The notes beneath the pieces are model-generated. The model searched no databases and was not told where the DNA came from. It saw only the letters and a program-made list of their open reading frames with translations. This document shows, piece after piece, positions 45,683 to 54,449 of a stretch of 64,000 bases of DNA. Origin of the DNA: Actinomycetes bacterium (GTDB lineage: Bacteria; Actinomycetota; Acidimicrobiia; Acidimicrobiales; Ilumatobacteraceae). The stretch's first letter is position 1. The number at the start of each line of letters is the position of its first letter. The translations under genes were made by a program, and so were the position numbers. Where the stretch lies: the NCBI GenBank assembly GCA_031426215.1, contig JANPKU010000021.1, positions 656-64,655 of the forward strand, given 5' to 3'.

Positions 45683-46693
45683 GTGGCAACGCTGGGTCCG
45701 GCGAGCGTGTCGCCGTCGGCCGCTGCGACATCGAGTTCGTCTCCTCCCTGGTCGCCGGCGACGGCAACGGCTGGCGGTTGGGCGGCCGGCCCGCCGACCG
45801 AGACCGTCGCCGAACTCCTGCGCACACTGGAACTCACCATCACGGGCCGCCTCGATGGCGTGCTCCACGGGCAGTACCAGGGACTCACGCCGGGCCACGG
45901 TTCCGAGCCCGGCGAATCACGGCTCTATCAGCCGGGCGACGACGTACGCCGCATCGATTGGAACATCACGGCGCGAACGCAGGAGACCCACGTGCGTGAG
46001 CAGATCGCGGACCGCGACCTCACGGCGTGGCTGGTCGTCGACGTGTCCGCCACCATGCAGTTCGGCACCGTCTCCAACGACAAGGCCCAGATCGCCACGG
46101 CCGCTGCCGCATGCATCGGCTTTCTCACCGCCCGCAACCAGAACCGACTCGGGGCCGTGCTCGTCGCAGGCCCGTCGATCCACGTGGTGCCGCCTCGTTC
46201 GGGTTCGAATCAGGTGCGTGCGGTGCTGTCGTTGCTCAGCGCTCCGCCCGTGTCCGAAGGACTCGGCCAGGCCGACCTCGCAGGCGCCATCGATCGGGTC
46301 GGCGCCATCGCCAACCGCCGCGGGTTCGTCGCCGTCATCAGCGACTTCCGGGGCGACGACTGGCAGCCGGCGCTCGCCCGACTGAGCCTGCGCCACGACT
46401 TGCTCGCCATCACCGTCCACGATCCTCGCGAATACGACGTTCCCCCGATCGGACTGGTCGAGGTGATCGATCCGGCAACCGGCGCGAGGCGAGAGGTCCG
46501 GGTGACCGCACAGGTGCAGGAGCGCTTCGCCGCCGCGGCGTCGGATCAACGCAACCGGCGCACCGATGCACTCGGGCGGTCACGCGCCGACGTGATCGAA
46601 TTGTCGACCGATGCCGACTGGCTCGGCGCGATCGTGCAGCACACCCAGCGCCGGCGGGTTCAGGCGGTTCGTGGCGATGGGATCGGACGATGA
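45683..46693 (+). CDS. DUF58 domain protein
   Basis: GTG 45683 lies 3 nt after the MoxR stop. G.G.E....R.YQPGDDVRRIDWN..AR is the DUF58 hallmark. Confidence 0.85.
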   Translation: MATLGPASVSPSAAATSSSSPPWSPATATAGGWAAGPPTETVAELLRTLELTITGRLDGVLHGQYQGLTPGHGSEPGESRLYQPGDDVRRIDWNITARTQETHVREQIADRDLTAWLVVDVSATMQFGTVSNDKAQIATAAAACIGFLTARNQNRLGAVLVAGPSIHVVPPRSGSNQVRAVLSLLSAPPVSEGLGQADLAGAIDRVGAIANRRGFVAVISDFRGDDWQPALARLSLRHDLLAITVHDPREYDVPPIGLVEVIDPATGARREVRVTAQVQERFAAAASDQRNRRTDALGRSRADVIELSTDADWLGAIVQHTQRRRVQAVRGDGIGR

Positions 46694-47670
46694 GTACGGA
46701 CTTCCTCGCGCCCGGTCGGCTCTTGTTGCTGCTGGTCGTGGCGGCTCTCGCCGTGTTGTACGTGGTCGTGCTGCGCTGGCGCAAAGCCGCGACCGTGCGC
46801 TTCACCCAGGTCGACCTGCTCGACAAGGTGGCCCCGCAACGCCCGCGTTGGCGTCGACACGTCGTGGCCGCACTGCAATTGCTCGGGCTCGCCTTCGCCG
46901 TGGTCGCCGTTGCTCGACCGGTCGAACGCACCACCGAGAACACCACGACCGAGGGACGCATCCTGGTGCTGTTCGACGTGTCGTTGTCGATGATGGCCGA
47001 CGACGTGGCGCCACGCCGTTTCGAGGCAGCCCAGGAGGCGGCACGGGACTTCGTCGATCTCGTCGACCCCGGCGTCGAAGTGGGTCTGATCGGATTCTCG
47101 GGTGCGGTGAGCGTCGACGTCGATCCGACCCTCGATCGCGCGACGATGCTGCGCGGCATCGACAATCTCGAGCTCGCCGAATCGACCGCGATCGGCGATG
47201 CTCTCTCCGCCGGAACGAGACTGCTGGTCAACGCAGCCGACCCGAACGACGATTCAGATCTTCCGCCCGGCGTGATCGTGCTGCTCAGCGATGGCGAAAC
47301 CACCGTCGGCAGCCTGACGTCCGACGGCGCAGCCGAGGCCGCTGATGCGGGCATCCCCGTGTACACGATCGCGTTCGGTACGGAGGGCGGGTCGATCCAG
47401 GATCCGGAGACCGGCGAGATCGTGCCGGTGCCGGTGCGGCCGGCCGACCTCGAGCTCGTCGCCGAAACCACCGGCGGTCAGGCCTTCGAGGCACGTACGG
47501 GGGACGAGTTGGCGAGCGCCTACGACCAGATCGCCGAATCGCTTGGCGAGACGATCGGCGACCCCGTCGAGATCATCACCGAGCTCACGTGGCGCTGGGC
47601 GCTCGCCGCCTTCCTCTGTCTCGGACTTGCCTGGGCGCTGAGCCTCTGGTGGCTGCGCGGCATGGTCTGA
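46690..47670 (+). CDS. VWA-domain membrane protein (BatA-like)
   Basis: ATG 46690 overlaps the DUF58 stop (ATGA). N-terminal TM pair, MIDAS-like DVSLSM, C-terminal TM. Confidence 0.85.
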   Translation: MSTDFLAPGRLLLLLVVAALAVLYVVVLRWRKAATVRFTQVDLLDKVAPQRPRWRRHVVAALQLLGLAFAVVAVARPVERTTENTTTEGRILVLFDVSLSMMADDVAPRRFEAAQEAARDFVDLVDPGVEVGLIGFSGAVSVDVDPTLDRATMLRGIDNLELAESTAIGDALSAGTRLLVNAADPNDDSDLPPGVIVLLSDGETTVGSLTSDGAAEAADAGIPVYTIAFGTEGGSIQDPETGEIVPVPVRPADLELVAETTGGQAFEARTGDELASAYDQIAESLGETIGDPVEIITELTWRWALAAFLCLGLAWALSLWWLRGMV

Positions 47671-47671
47671 C

Positions 47672-47710
47672 GAAATGAAACGGAGAGGTCTGACCCCTCG
47701 GTTTCATTTC
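47672..47710. terminator. 39-nt near-perfect palindrome between the convergent VWA gene and the LLM oxidoreductase gene
   Basis: GAAATGAAACGGAGAGGTC T GACCCCTCGGTTTCATTTC has 2 mismatches in 19-nt arms. The centre GGTCTGACCCC is identical to the centre of REP copies b and c. Confidence 0.65.
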
Positions 47711-48752
47711 AGAGGAGCGACTTGAGCTGGTCGATCGTCTTGACGGCATCGGCACCGACGGGGTTCACCGAGAGATGGGTGACGCCCGCCTCCTGGAACG
47801 CAGCGATGCGCTCCTTGACGTACCCGGCCGGTCCGACCAGGTTCGACTTCTCGAGCAGGTCGCTCGGTACCGCCGCCGCCGCCTCGTCCTTCTTCCCGGA
47901 CAGGTAGAGGTCCTGGATCTCGGCGGCCTCGTCGACGTAGCCGTAGCGCTGACAGATCGTGTTGTAGAAGTTCTTGTCGCGGGCCCCCATCCCGCCGATG
48001 TACAACGCGGCGCTCGGGCGCGCGAGGTCGAGGAGGCGCTTCTGCGCGTCACCGGTGAGCTCGTCACCGATCGCCACCATGCCCCCGGCGGAGATCTGGA
48101 GGCGCCCGAGGTCGGGATCGCGTTCGGCGGTGCCTGCCTTCAGGTCATCGCCCCACACCGACTGGAACTTGTCGGGGTCGAAGAAGATCGGCAGCCAGCC
48201 GTCGGCGTACTTCGCAGTGTTCTTCACCGACTGACCCATCAGGCTCGCCCAGAAGATCGGGATGTGCTCGCGCACCGGGTGGTTGATCAGCTTCAACGGT
48301 TTGCCGAGGCCGGTTCCCTCACCCTCGGGAAGCGGGATCGTCGTGGTCGGGCCGTCGTAGATCACCTTCTCGCGCCGCCAGGTCATCCGGCACACGTTGA
48401 TGTAGTCGCGGATACGGGGCATCGGCTTGTCGTAGGGCACCCCGTGGAACCCTTCGATCACCTGTGGTCCGGATGCACCGAGTCCGAGGATGAAGCGACC
48501 GTTCGACACGTAGTCGAGGCCTGCCGCGGTCTGCGCCATGCACGTGGCCGTGCGCGAGAACACGTTGAGGATGCCGGACCCGATCTCGATCGTGGAGGTC
48601 TTGGCCGCCAGGAAGCCCATCTGCGAGACGGCGTCGAAGCTGTACGCCTCGGGGACCCAGACCACGTCGAGGCCGGCCTTTTCGAGTTCGACGACCTTGT
48701 CCACGTCTGCGTGGAAGTCGCCGGAGTAGTTGATGGACATCGAGAGCTTCAT
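47709..48752 (-). CDS. LLM-class (luciferase-like) F420-dependent oxidoreductase
   Basis: ATG 48752 (MKLSMSINYSG). TIM-barrel LLM features (VWVPEAY, GSGILNVFSRT, RFILGLGASGPQV). Confidence 0.85.
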   Translation of the reverse strand: MKLSMSINYSGDFHADVDKVVELEKAGLDVVWVPEAYSFDAVSQMGFLAAKTSTIEIGSGILNVFSRTATCMAQTAAGLDYVSNGRFILGLGASGPQVIEGFHGVPYDKPMPRIRDYINVCRMTWRREKVIYDGPTTTIPLPEGEGTGLGKPLKLINHPVREHIPIFWASLMGQSVKNTAKYADGWLPIFFDPDKFQSVWGDDLKAGTAERDPDLGRLQISAGGMVAIGDELTGDAQKRLLDLARPSAALYIGGMGARDKNFYNTICQRYGYVDEAAEIQDLYLSGKKDEAAAAVPSDLLEKSNLVGPAGYVKERIAAFQEAGVTHLSVNPVGADAVKTIDQLKSLL

Positions 48753-48813
48753 GGCGCCGAACGATATTGGCGCGCGCCCGGGTGGTTGCAGTCGGACGAC
48801 AACCCCCGCCAGT

Positions 48814-49647
48814 TCAGCCGTTGAGGTTGCCGGTGCGGAAGCCTTCGAGATCGAGCGTGACGTAGCGGTAGCCCGCACCCGACACTGCGGCCACGATCGC
48901 CTCACGGTCGGCGAGAACCTGCTGCAGCTGGTCGAGTTCGACCTCGATGCGTGCCGTGTCGCCATAGTGGCGGATTCGAACCTGGGCGAAGCCGAGCCGG
49001 TGCAGCGCCGCCTCCGCTCGATCGACCCGACCGAGGATCTCGACCGACACCTCGGTGCCATACGGAATACGACTCGCCAGACACGCCGCCGCCGGCTTGT
49101 CCCAGGTGCGCAGGCCCAACACTCTGGACGCTTCGCGCACGTCGGCCTTCGTGAACCCCGCCGTCACCAACGGGAACTCCGCGCCCGCTTCGGATGCGGC
49201 TCGTTGGCCAGGCCGGTGGTCGCCGAGATCATCGACGTTCACACCGAGCACCACGACGGCCCCCTCGGCCGCGGCGATCGGGGCGACCACGTCCATCAGC
49301 TCGGCCTTGCAGTGATAGCAACGATCAGTGTCGTTCAGCCGGTACGCAGCACGCTCCATCTCGTCGGTGGCGACCGGCGTCCAGCGCAGACCCCACTCGG
49401 TCGCCAGCGAACGACAGTCGCGCTCCTCATCGCCGGCCAACGATGGCGACACGGCGGTGACCGCATGGGCGTGTTCGGCGCCGAGCACCCTCGTTGCGGC
49501 TGCTGCGAGGAACGCAGAGTCGGCGCCCCCGCTGAATGCGACGACCAGACGACCGAGTCGGAGCAGCTCGAGGTGCAGACGGCCGAGCTTGACGACGAGC
49601 GACGGCGAGAGATCAGCGGCGTCGACCTCTGATTCGGACAGGATCAC
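48814..49647 (-). CDS. PP-loop ATP-pyrophosphatase, LarE-like sulfur transferase family
   Basis: 277 aa, GTG start. PP-loop VAFSGGADS and DRCYHCK, as seen in LarE/TIGR00268-type proteins. Confidence 0.7.
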   Translation of the reverse strand: MILSESEVDAADLSPSLVVKLGRLHLELLRLGRLVVAFSGGADSAFLAAAATRVLGAEHAHAVTAVSPSLAGDEERDCRSLATEWGLRWTPVATDEMERAAYRLNDTDRCYHCKAELMDVVAPIAAAEGAVVVLGVNVDDLGDHRPGQRAASEAGAEFPLVTAGFTKADVREASRVLGLRTWDKPAAACLASRIPYGTEVSVEILGRVDRAEAALHRLGFAQVRIRHYGDTARIEVELDQLQQVLADREAIVAAVSGAGYRYVTLDLEGFRTGNLNG

Positions 49648-49683
49648 CGGGGCAGTATGGCGCGCTGTACGTAGGACGACTCG

Positions 49684-52191
49684 TCACCCACCGGTCGATC
49701 GTGTCGCTGCGAGTTCGGTGCGCATGCGGGTGGTCATCTCGATCAGCAGATCGACGTACACCGCACGCGAAAGCGACTCCAACGGAGCCGCGTCGGGGTG
49801 CACACCATCGCTTCGCAGGTCCCCGTGTCGTTGCTCTGCGGCCTCGAGGACGCCGCGGTACGGGAACACGGCGATCTGCGTCGACCTGCGGTCCCATTGC
49901 TCGATCTGGGCGTTGAGCGCGTCGAGGCGCCCCGGGTCGGTCATCTCGCTCGTAGCGAACTGTCCTGGCCGAATCGCGGGAACGTCAGCCACCAGGAGCG
50001 GAATGCCATTGGCGATCGCCGCAACCTCGTCGAGGGTGCGATCTCGGGCAGCCACGAAGGTGGGATCAACTGCAATGTGGCCCGCGGGATCACCGGGAAA
50101 GCGGTGCTCGGTCAGCTCGGTGGGCCCGGACACGATCAGCACGGCATCCGGCGCGAACGACGTCAGGACCGGTCCGAGGCGTTGTTCGTACGGTACGCAA
50201 TCGTGGTCGGTCCACTCGTCGCCACGAGACGGCCTCGTGGCCTCGACGGGAGCGAGCGGGCAACCGTTGGCCCCGGCCCAGAGCACCTCCACGCGTCCGT
50301 CGCCGCCGTCATTGAGTCCCATGGCCAGACTCAGTGACGTCGAATCGCCGATGACCAGCACACGCAGAGGAGAGCCCTCCGACGTGTTCTCGGCGCTCCC
50401 GGCCCGGTCGGTGCGAGCGCTCTTGCCGATTGCGGACGACAGTTCGGTGCCCGTGCGTATGACGTGGCCCGTGATCGCTCCGCCGATGGCGAGGTGCACG
50501 AGCTGATCGTCGAAGGCGCCGTAGCGCTGCCCGGCCGAGTACAGCATCACCTGCGCTCCGGCTGCGATCGCCGAGTCGATGGCGGATCGGATTGCCGCCG
50601 AGGACTCGATCTGGGACGCTGCGAACGCAGCCAGCTGCTCGCGCGACTCGGTAGCGCCGCTTCGGGGAGCGATCTCGGCATCTTCGGCCACTCCCGTGGC
50701 GACCACGAGGAGATCGATTCGCCCAGCTCCTGCGCCTGTACTGGACGTCAGCGAGCGAAATCGGTCGACGAGCGCTTCGCACCCGGGAAGGCTCATGGCC
50801 GACAGGGGACACTGCGGCCGGATGTCGTCGATCACCTCGATGAGTTGGTCGTCGCTCGTCATCACCGTCGAACGAACCGCCTCGACGGCAGACGACTCGC
50901 TTCCGATCACGGCGACCCGGAACGGGTCCGGCACGCCCGTCGGCCCGGCGTCGATCGCCGACGACGTCGGTGCAGCCGACCCTTCCTGAACCTCCGGCAG
51001 CCGATCCAGCGTTCGGAAGTCGACGACTCCGGCATCACCGAACTCGAGCAACTGCTCCGTTCGCGTGAAGTTGGGTGGGGGCACCAGCACCGTTGCGACG
51101 ATCACAGCGACCGCCCCGACACCGGTCGCGCGGGCGAATCCGGGCGCCGTGGCGTACCAGCGCCCTTGTCGCACCGGTTGCTCCAGCAGACTGCTCGATG
51201 CGACCGCCACTGCGCCGGTCACCACACACCGCAGTGCGAACAGGGCAACCGGGCCGAGACCAGTGCGTTCGGCATCGAGCAGGAGGAAGATCGGCCAGTG
51301 CGCAAGGTAGATGCCGTAGCTCAACCGGCCGATCGTCACGAGGGGCTGGACGTCGAGGAGCCGGTTCGGGAACTGCTCGGAGACCACAGCCGCGATGAGC
51401 ACTGCCGACAGCACCGCCACCGCCACCAGGCCACCTCGGTAGATCCACTCCTGGTCGATCGAGGCCAGTGCAACCAACGCGACGAAGGCGGCACCGGCGA
51501 ACGCTCCTGGCACCCAGCCGAACCGACGCCACATCCGATCGCCGACGGCGCGACCGCCACGACGCACGAACAGCGCGAGAGCCACGCCGACGAGGAGTTC
51601 GGCGGCCCGGGTATGGGTTGCGTTGTACACGAGGTCGCGATCGGAGGTGAGCAGCGTTGCGGCGATCGACGCCGACAACAACGCCCCGATCACCCAGGCC
51701 AACGTCCCACGGCCACGACGAAGCGCCACGATCACGACCACCGGAAGCACCAGGTAGATCTGCTCTTCGATCGCAAGCGACCAGAAGTGAGCAACCGGAC
51801 TCGGCGCGTCGACGAAGAGATCCGCATAGTTCGTCGCAGCGAACGCGAACCGCCAGTTGGCAACGTTCGCCAACGACGCGATCAGATCGCCCGGTAGCTG
51901 GGCACGCTGGCCGGCGCTCCACCACACGCCGGCCAGTGCCACCAACAGCAGGCACAGATACGCCGCCGGCAGCAGACGACGGGCCCGGCGAACGTAGAAA
52001 TGACGCAACGAGATCGTGTCGTTCGCTTCGACCTCGGCGAGCAACAACGACGTGATCAAGAAGCCCGACAGCGTGAAGAACAGCGACACGCCGAGAAACC
52101 CACCGCCGGCTCCGGGCACCTGAGCGTGGAACAGCACCACCACGAGCACGGCCACGCCCCGCAGACCGTCCAACCCCCCGCTGTGTTTCAC
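49684..52191 (-). CDS. Acyltransferase-3 (OatA-like) membrane protein with large C-terminal SGNH-type region
   Basis: 835 aa, GTG start. N-terminus LDGLRGVAVLVVVLFH plus about 10 TM segments. The C-terminus has GDS-containing segments (VLVIGDSTS) and a DGVHP-type end motif. Confidence 0.8.
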   Translation of the reverse strand: MKHSGGLDGLRGVAVLVVVLFHAQVPGAGGGFLGVSLFFTLSGFLITSLLLAEVEANDTISLRHFYVRRARRLLPAAYLCLLLVALAGVWWSAGQRAQLPGDLIASLANVANWRFAFAATNYADLFVDAPSPVAHFWSLAIEEQIYLVLPVVVIVALRRGRGTLAWVIGALLSASIAATLLTSDRDLVYNATHTRAAELLVGVALALFVRRGGRAVGDRMWRRFGWVPGAFAGAAFVALVALASIDQEWIYRGGLVAVAVLSAVLIAAVVSEQFPNRLLDVQPLVTIGRLSYGIYLAHWPIFLLLDAERTGLGPVALFALRCVVTGAVAVASSSLLEQPVRQGRWYATAPGFARATGVGAVAVIVATVLVPPPNFTRTEQLLEFGDAGVVDFRTLDRLPEVQEGSAAPTSSAIDAGPTGVPDPFRVAVIGSESSAVEAVRSTVMTSDDQLIEVIDDIRPQCPLSAMSLPGCEALVDRFRSLTSSTGAGAGRIDLLVVATGVAEDAEIAPRSGATESREQLAAFAASQIESSAAIRSAIDSAIAAGAQVMLYSAGQRYGAFDDQLVHLAIGGAITGHVIRTGTELSSAIGKSARTDRAGSAENTSEGSPLRVLVIGDSTSLSLAMGLNDGGDGRVEVLWAGANGCPLAPVEATRPSRGDEWTDHDCVPYEQRLGPVLTSFAPDAVLIVSGPTELTEHRFPGDPAGHIAVDPTFVAARDRTLDEVAAIANGIPLLVADVPAIRPGQFATSEMTDPGRLDALNAQIEQWDRRSTQIAVFPYRGVLEAAEQRHGDLRSDGVHPDAAPLESLSRAVYVDLLIEMTTRMRTELAATRSTGG

Positions 52192-52273
52192 CCGGACGAA
52201 AGATACACATCACAGCACCGCCCGAACGTGCCGGTTCGTCTCAGCGGTCGTCGCGCGCGACAATGGCGCTCCG

Positions 52274-54415
52274 ATGAACATGCCGAAGTGGTGGAACCAG
52301 CGGCGATTCGGCATCTTCGTCCACTCGAGCCTGGCGACGGTGCCGGCCTGGGCACCGATCGGTGAGTACTCCGAGTGGTACCGCAGCCATCTCGGCGAGG
52401 ACGTGGCCGACGCGCTGCTCCACCCACGTCCGATGGTCGAAGTGCTAGCGCATCATCGCGACCGGTGGGGCCACATCGAGCACTACGACGACTTCATCTC
52501 TCTGCTCGGCTACGACCGCTTCGACCCCGAGGACTGGGCACGGCTCATCGCCGATGCGGGAGCCGGCTACAGCGTGTTCGTGGCAAAGCACCATGACGGA
52601 TGGTCGTGGTGGGACGCACCGAACACCGACCGGACGATGTTGAACGGCGGTCCTCGTCGCAACGTGATGGCCGAGTTCGCCGCCGCATGCGAACGAAACG
52701 ACATCGTGTTCGGCACCTACTACTCGCTGCTCGATTGGGGCGACGGGCGCTTCCCCGAGCCGTCCTACGTCAGCGAGGTGTTGCACCCGCACGTGATCGA
52801 CCTCGTCGAGCGGTACGGCTCGAGCGTGTTGTGTGGTGACGGACACTGGGGACATGGCCCGGAACTCTGGCGCACGCGCGAACTGCTCGAGCAGATCTGG
52901 GCGATCGATCCCGACGTGGTGGTGAACGATCGTTGGTGGGCTTCGGCCGATGACGTCCCGGCCGGGAGTCCGCCGCTGGTGCGCACGTTCGAGTACGAGG
53001 CGCCCGACGAGATCATCGACGAACCATGGGAGCTGTGCCGCGGAATCGGGTCGAGCTTCGGACACAACCGCGCCGAACGCATCGAACACCATTTGTCGGG
53101 TTTCGACATCGTGGCGCTGCTGACGGACGTCATCGCCAAGGGCGGCCATCTGCTGCTCAACGTCGGGCCGGCGGCCGACGGCACGATTCCCGAGCTGCAA
53201 CGTGGTCCCCTCGAGTCAGCCGGGCGGTGGATCCGGGAGCACCAACGGCTGATCGACGAGTCGACACCGTGGCACACCTGGGGCGACGACGATGTCAAGT
53301 ACGTGCAGCTCGACGGCTCCGTGCACGCCGTCGACCTCGCAGGTCGCGGTCGCTTCGCGGCGATCACCCCCGACCGCTACCGAGTGACGGTGGTGGAACG
53401 CGATGGGTCGCAGGTCGCCTTCCATCAGAGCGACGACGGCGTGCGTGTCGCCGGTGAGCGCTCGGCGCGTCGGGCGAACGCTGCACGAGTCGATGACATC
53501 TCGGTGTACCGGCTCGAACTCACTGCAGTGGATCGCCCTGTCGAGCTGTTCGAACCGCAACCGCGACGACCGATTCAACTCGCACCATTGCTGCGAGACG
53601 CTCACCCTGGTGACATCGTGCAACTCGGCGACGGCACCTACATCGGCCCGGTCACGGTGCCGGCGGGCGTGATCGTGCGCGGTCTCGGAGCGTCACGTAC
53701 GACGATCGACGGCGGCGGCTCCACGGCCGTCGTCCTCGAACGGAACGCCCGCCTCGAACATCTCCGAGTCGGCGGCGGACCGTCTCGTCTGGCCTGGTTC
53801 CCGTGCCCGGTCGTCGAGGTTCTCGGCCCGTACGCCACGCTGCTCGGGTGCCGTCTCGACGGCCACGCCGTGGTGAGTGCCGACGACGTGATCATCCGAG
53901 CGACCGCGGCGGTCGGTGTCATCGCCAACGGCGCCGACCGCCTCACGGTGTCGCGGAGCCAGTTCCGAGGAATGCGATGGGATGTCGGTGTGCACCTGAT
54001 CGGCGGCAGCGGGCACGAGGTCGATTCGTGCGAGTTCCACGACCATCTGTGTGGCATACGGGCGAGCGAGACGACCGGCACGATCGTGCGGGGCAACAAC
54101 GTGTCCGCACGATGGTGGGGCATCCACCTCGAGCAAACCGAGGGCGCCCACGTGTACGGCAACTTCGTCGATCACACGATGCGGGGCATCGACGTCGACG
54201 GCGGCACCCAGGCGGTCGTCGACGGCAATGCGGTGTGTGACGGTGACAGCGGTTGCATCGTCGAGTGGGGGGCGTCGGACTGTCAGGTCAGCGGCAACCG
54301 TTGGGAGCGCTGCCGCATCGGCGTGCTGTCGTGGGACGTGACCGACCTCCACGCCCACGACAACGAGGCCATCGACCTCCACGAACCCGAAGCCACCCAC
54401 ACCACCGGGCCGTGA
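52274..54415 (+). CDS. GH29 alpha-L-fucosidase fused to a right-handed parallel beta-helix domain
   Basis: N-terminal FGIFVHSS, KHHDGWSWWD, YYSLLDWG, LLLNVGPAADGTIP. The C-terminal ~270 aa has repeated G-N-x-V/I..N beta-helix-like turns (GNNVSARWWGIHL.., GNFVDHTMRGIDV.., GNAVCDGDSG..). Confidence 0.8.
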   Translation: MNMPKWWNQRRFGIFVHSSLATVPAWAPIGEYSEWYRSHLGEDVADALLHPRPMVEVLAHHRDRWGHIEHYDDFISLLGYDRFDPEDWARLIADAGAGYSVFVAKHHDGWSWWDAPNTDRTMLNGGPRRNVMAEFAAACERNDIVFGTYYSLLDWGDGRFPEPSYVSEVLHPHVIDLVERYGSSVLCGDGHWGHGPELWRTRELLEQIWAIDPDVVVNDRWWASADDVPAGSPPLVRTFEYEAPDEIIDEPWELCRGIGSSFGHNRAERIEHHLSGFDIVALLTDVIAKGGHLLLNVGPAADGTIPELQRGPLESAGRWIREHQRLIDESTPWHTWGDDDVKYVQLDGSVHAVDLAGRGRFAAITPDRYRVTVVERDGSQVAFHQSDDGVRVAGERSARRANAARVDDISVYRLELTAVDRPVELFEPQPRRPIQLAPLLRDAHPGDIVQLGDGTYIGPVTVPAGVIVRGLGASRTTIDGGGSTAVVLERNARLEHLRVGGGPSRLAWFPCPVVEVLGPYATLLGCRLDGHAVVSADDVIIRATAAVGVIANGADRLTVSRSQFRGMRWDVGVHLIGGSGHEVDSCEFHDHLCGIRASETTGTIVRGNNVSARWWGIHLEQTEGAHVYGNFVDHTMRGIDVDGGTQAVVDGNAVCDGDSGCIVEWGASDCQVSGNRWERCRIGVLSWDVTDLHAHDNEAIDLHEPEATHTTGP

Positions 54416-54418
54416 CGC

Positions 54419-54449
54419 ATCTCGATCGGGGTCTGACCCCAATCGAGAT
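54419..54449. repeat. REP-like palindrome, copy c (centre T, one arm mismatch)
   Basis: ATCTCGATCGGGGTC T GACCCCAATCGAGAT. Starts 3 nt after the GH29 stop and abuts the typA stop. It has the same GAGATTCAG junction as copy b. Confidence 0.9.
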
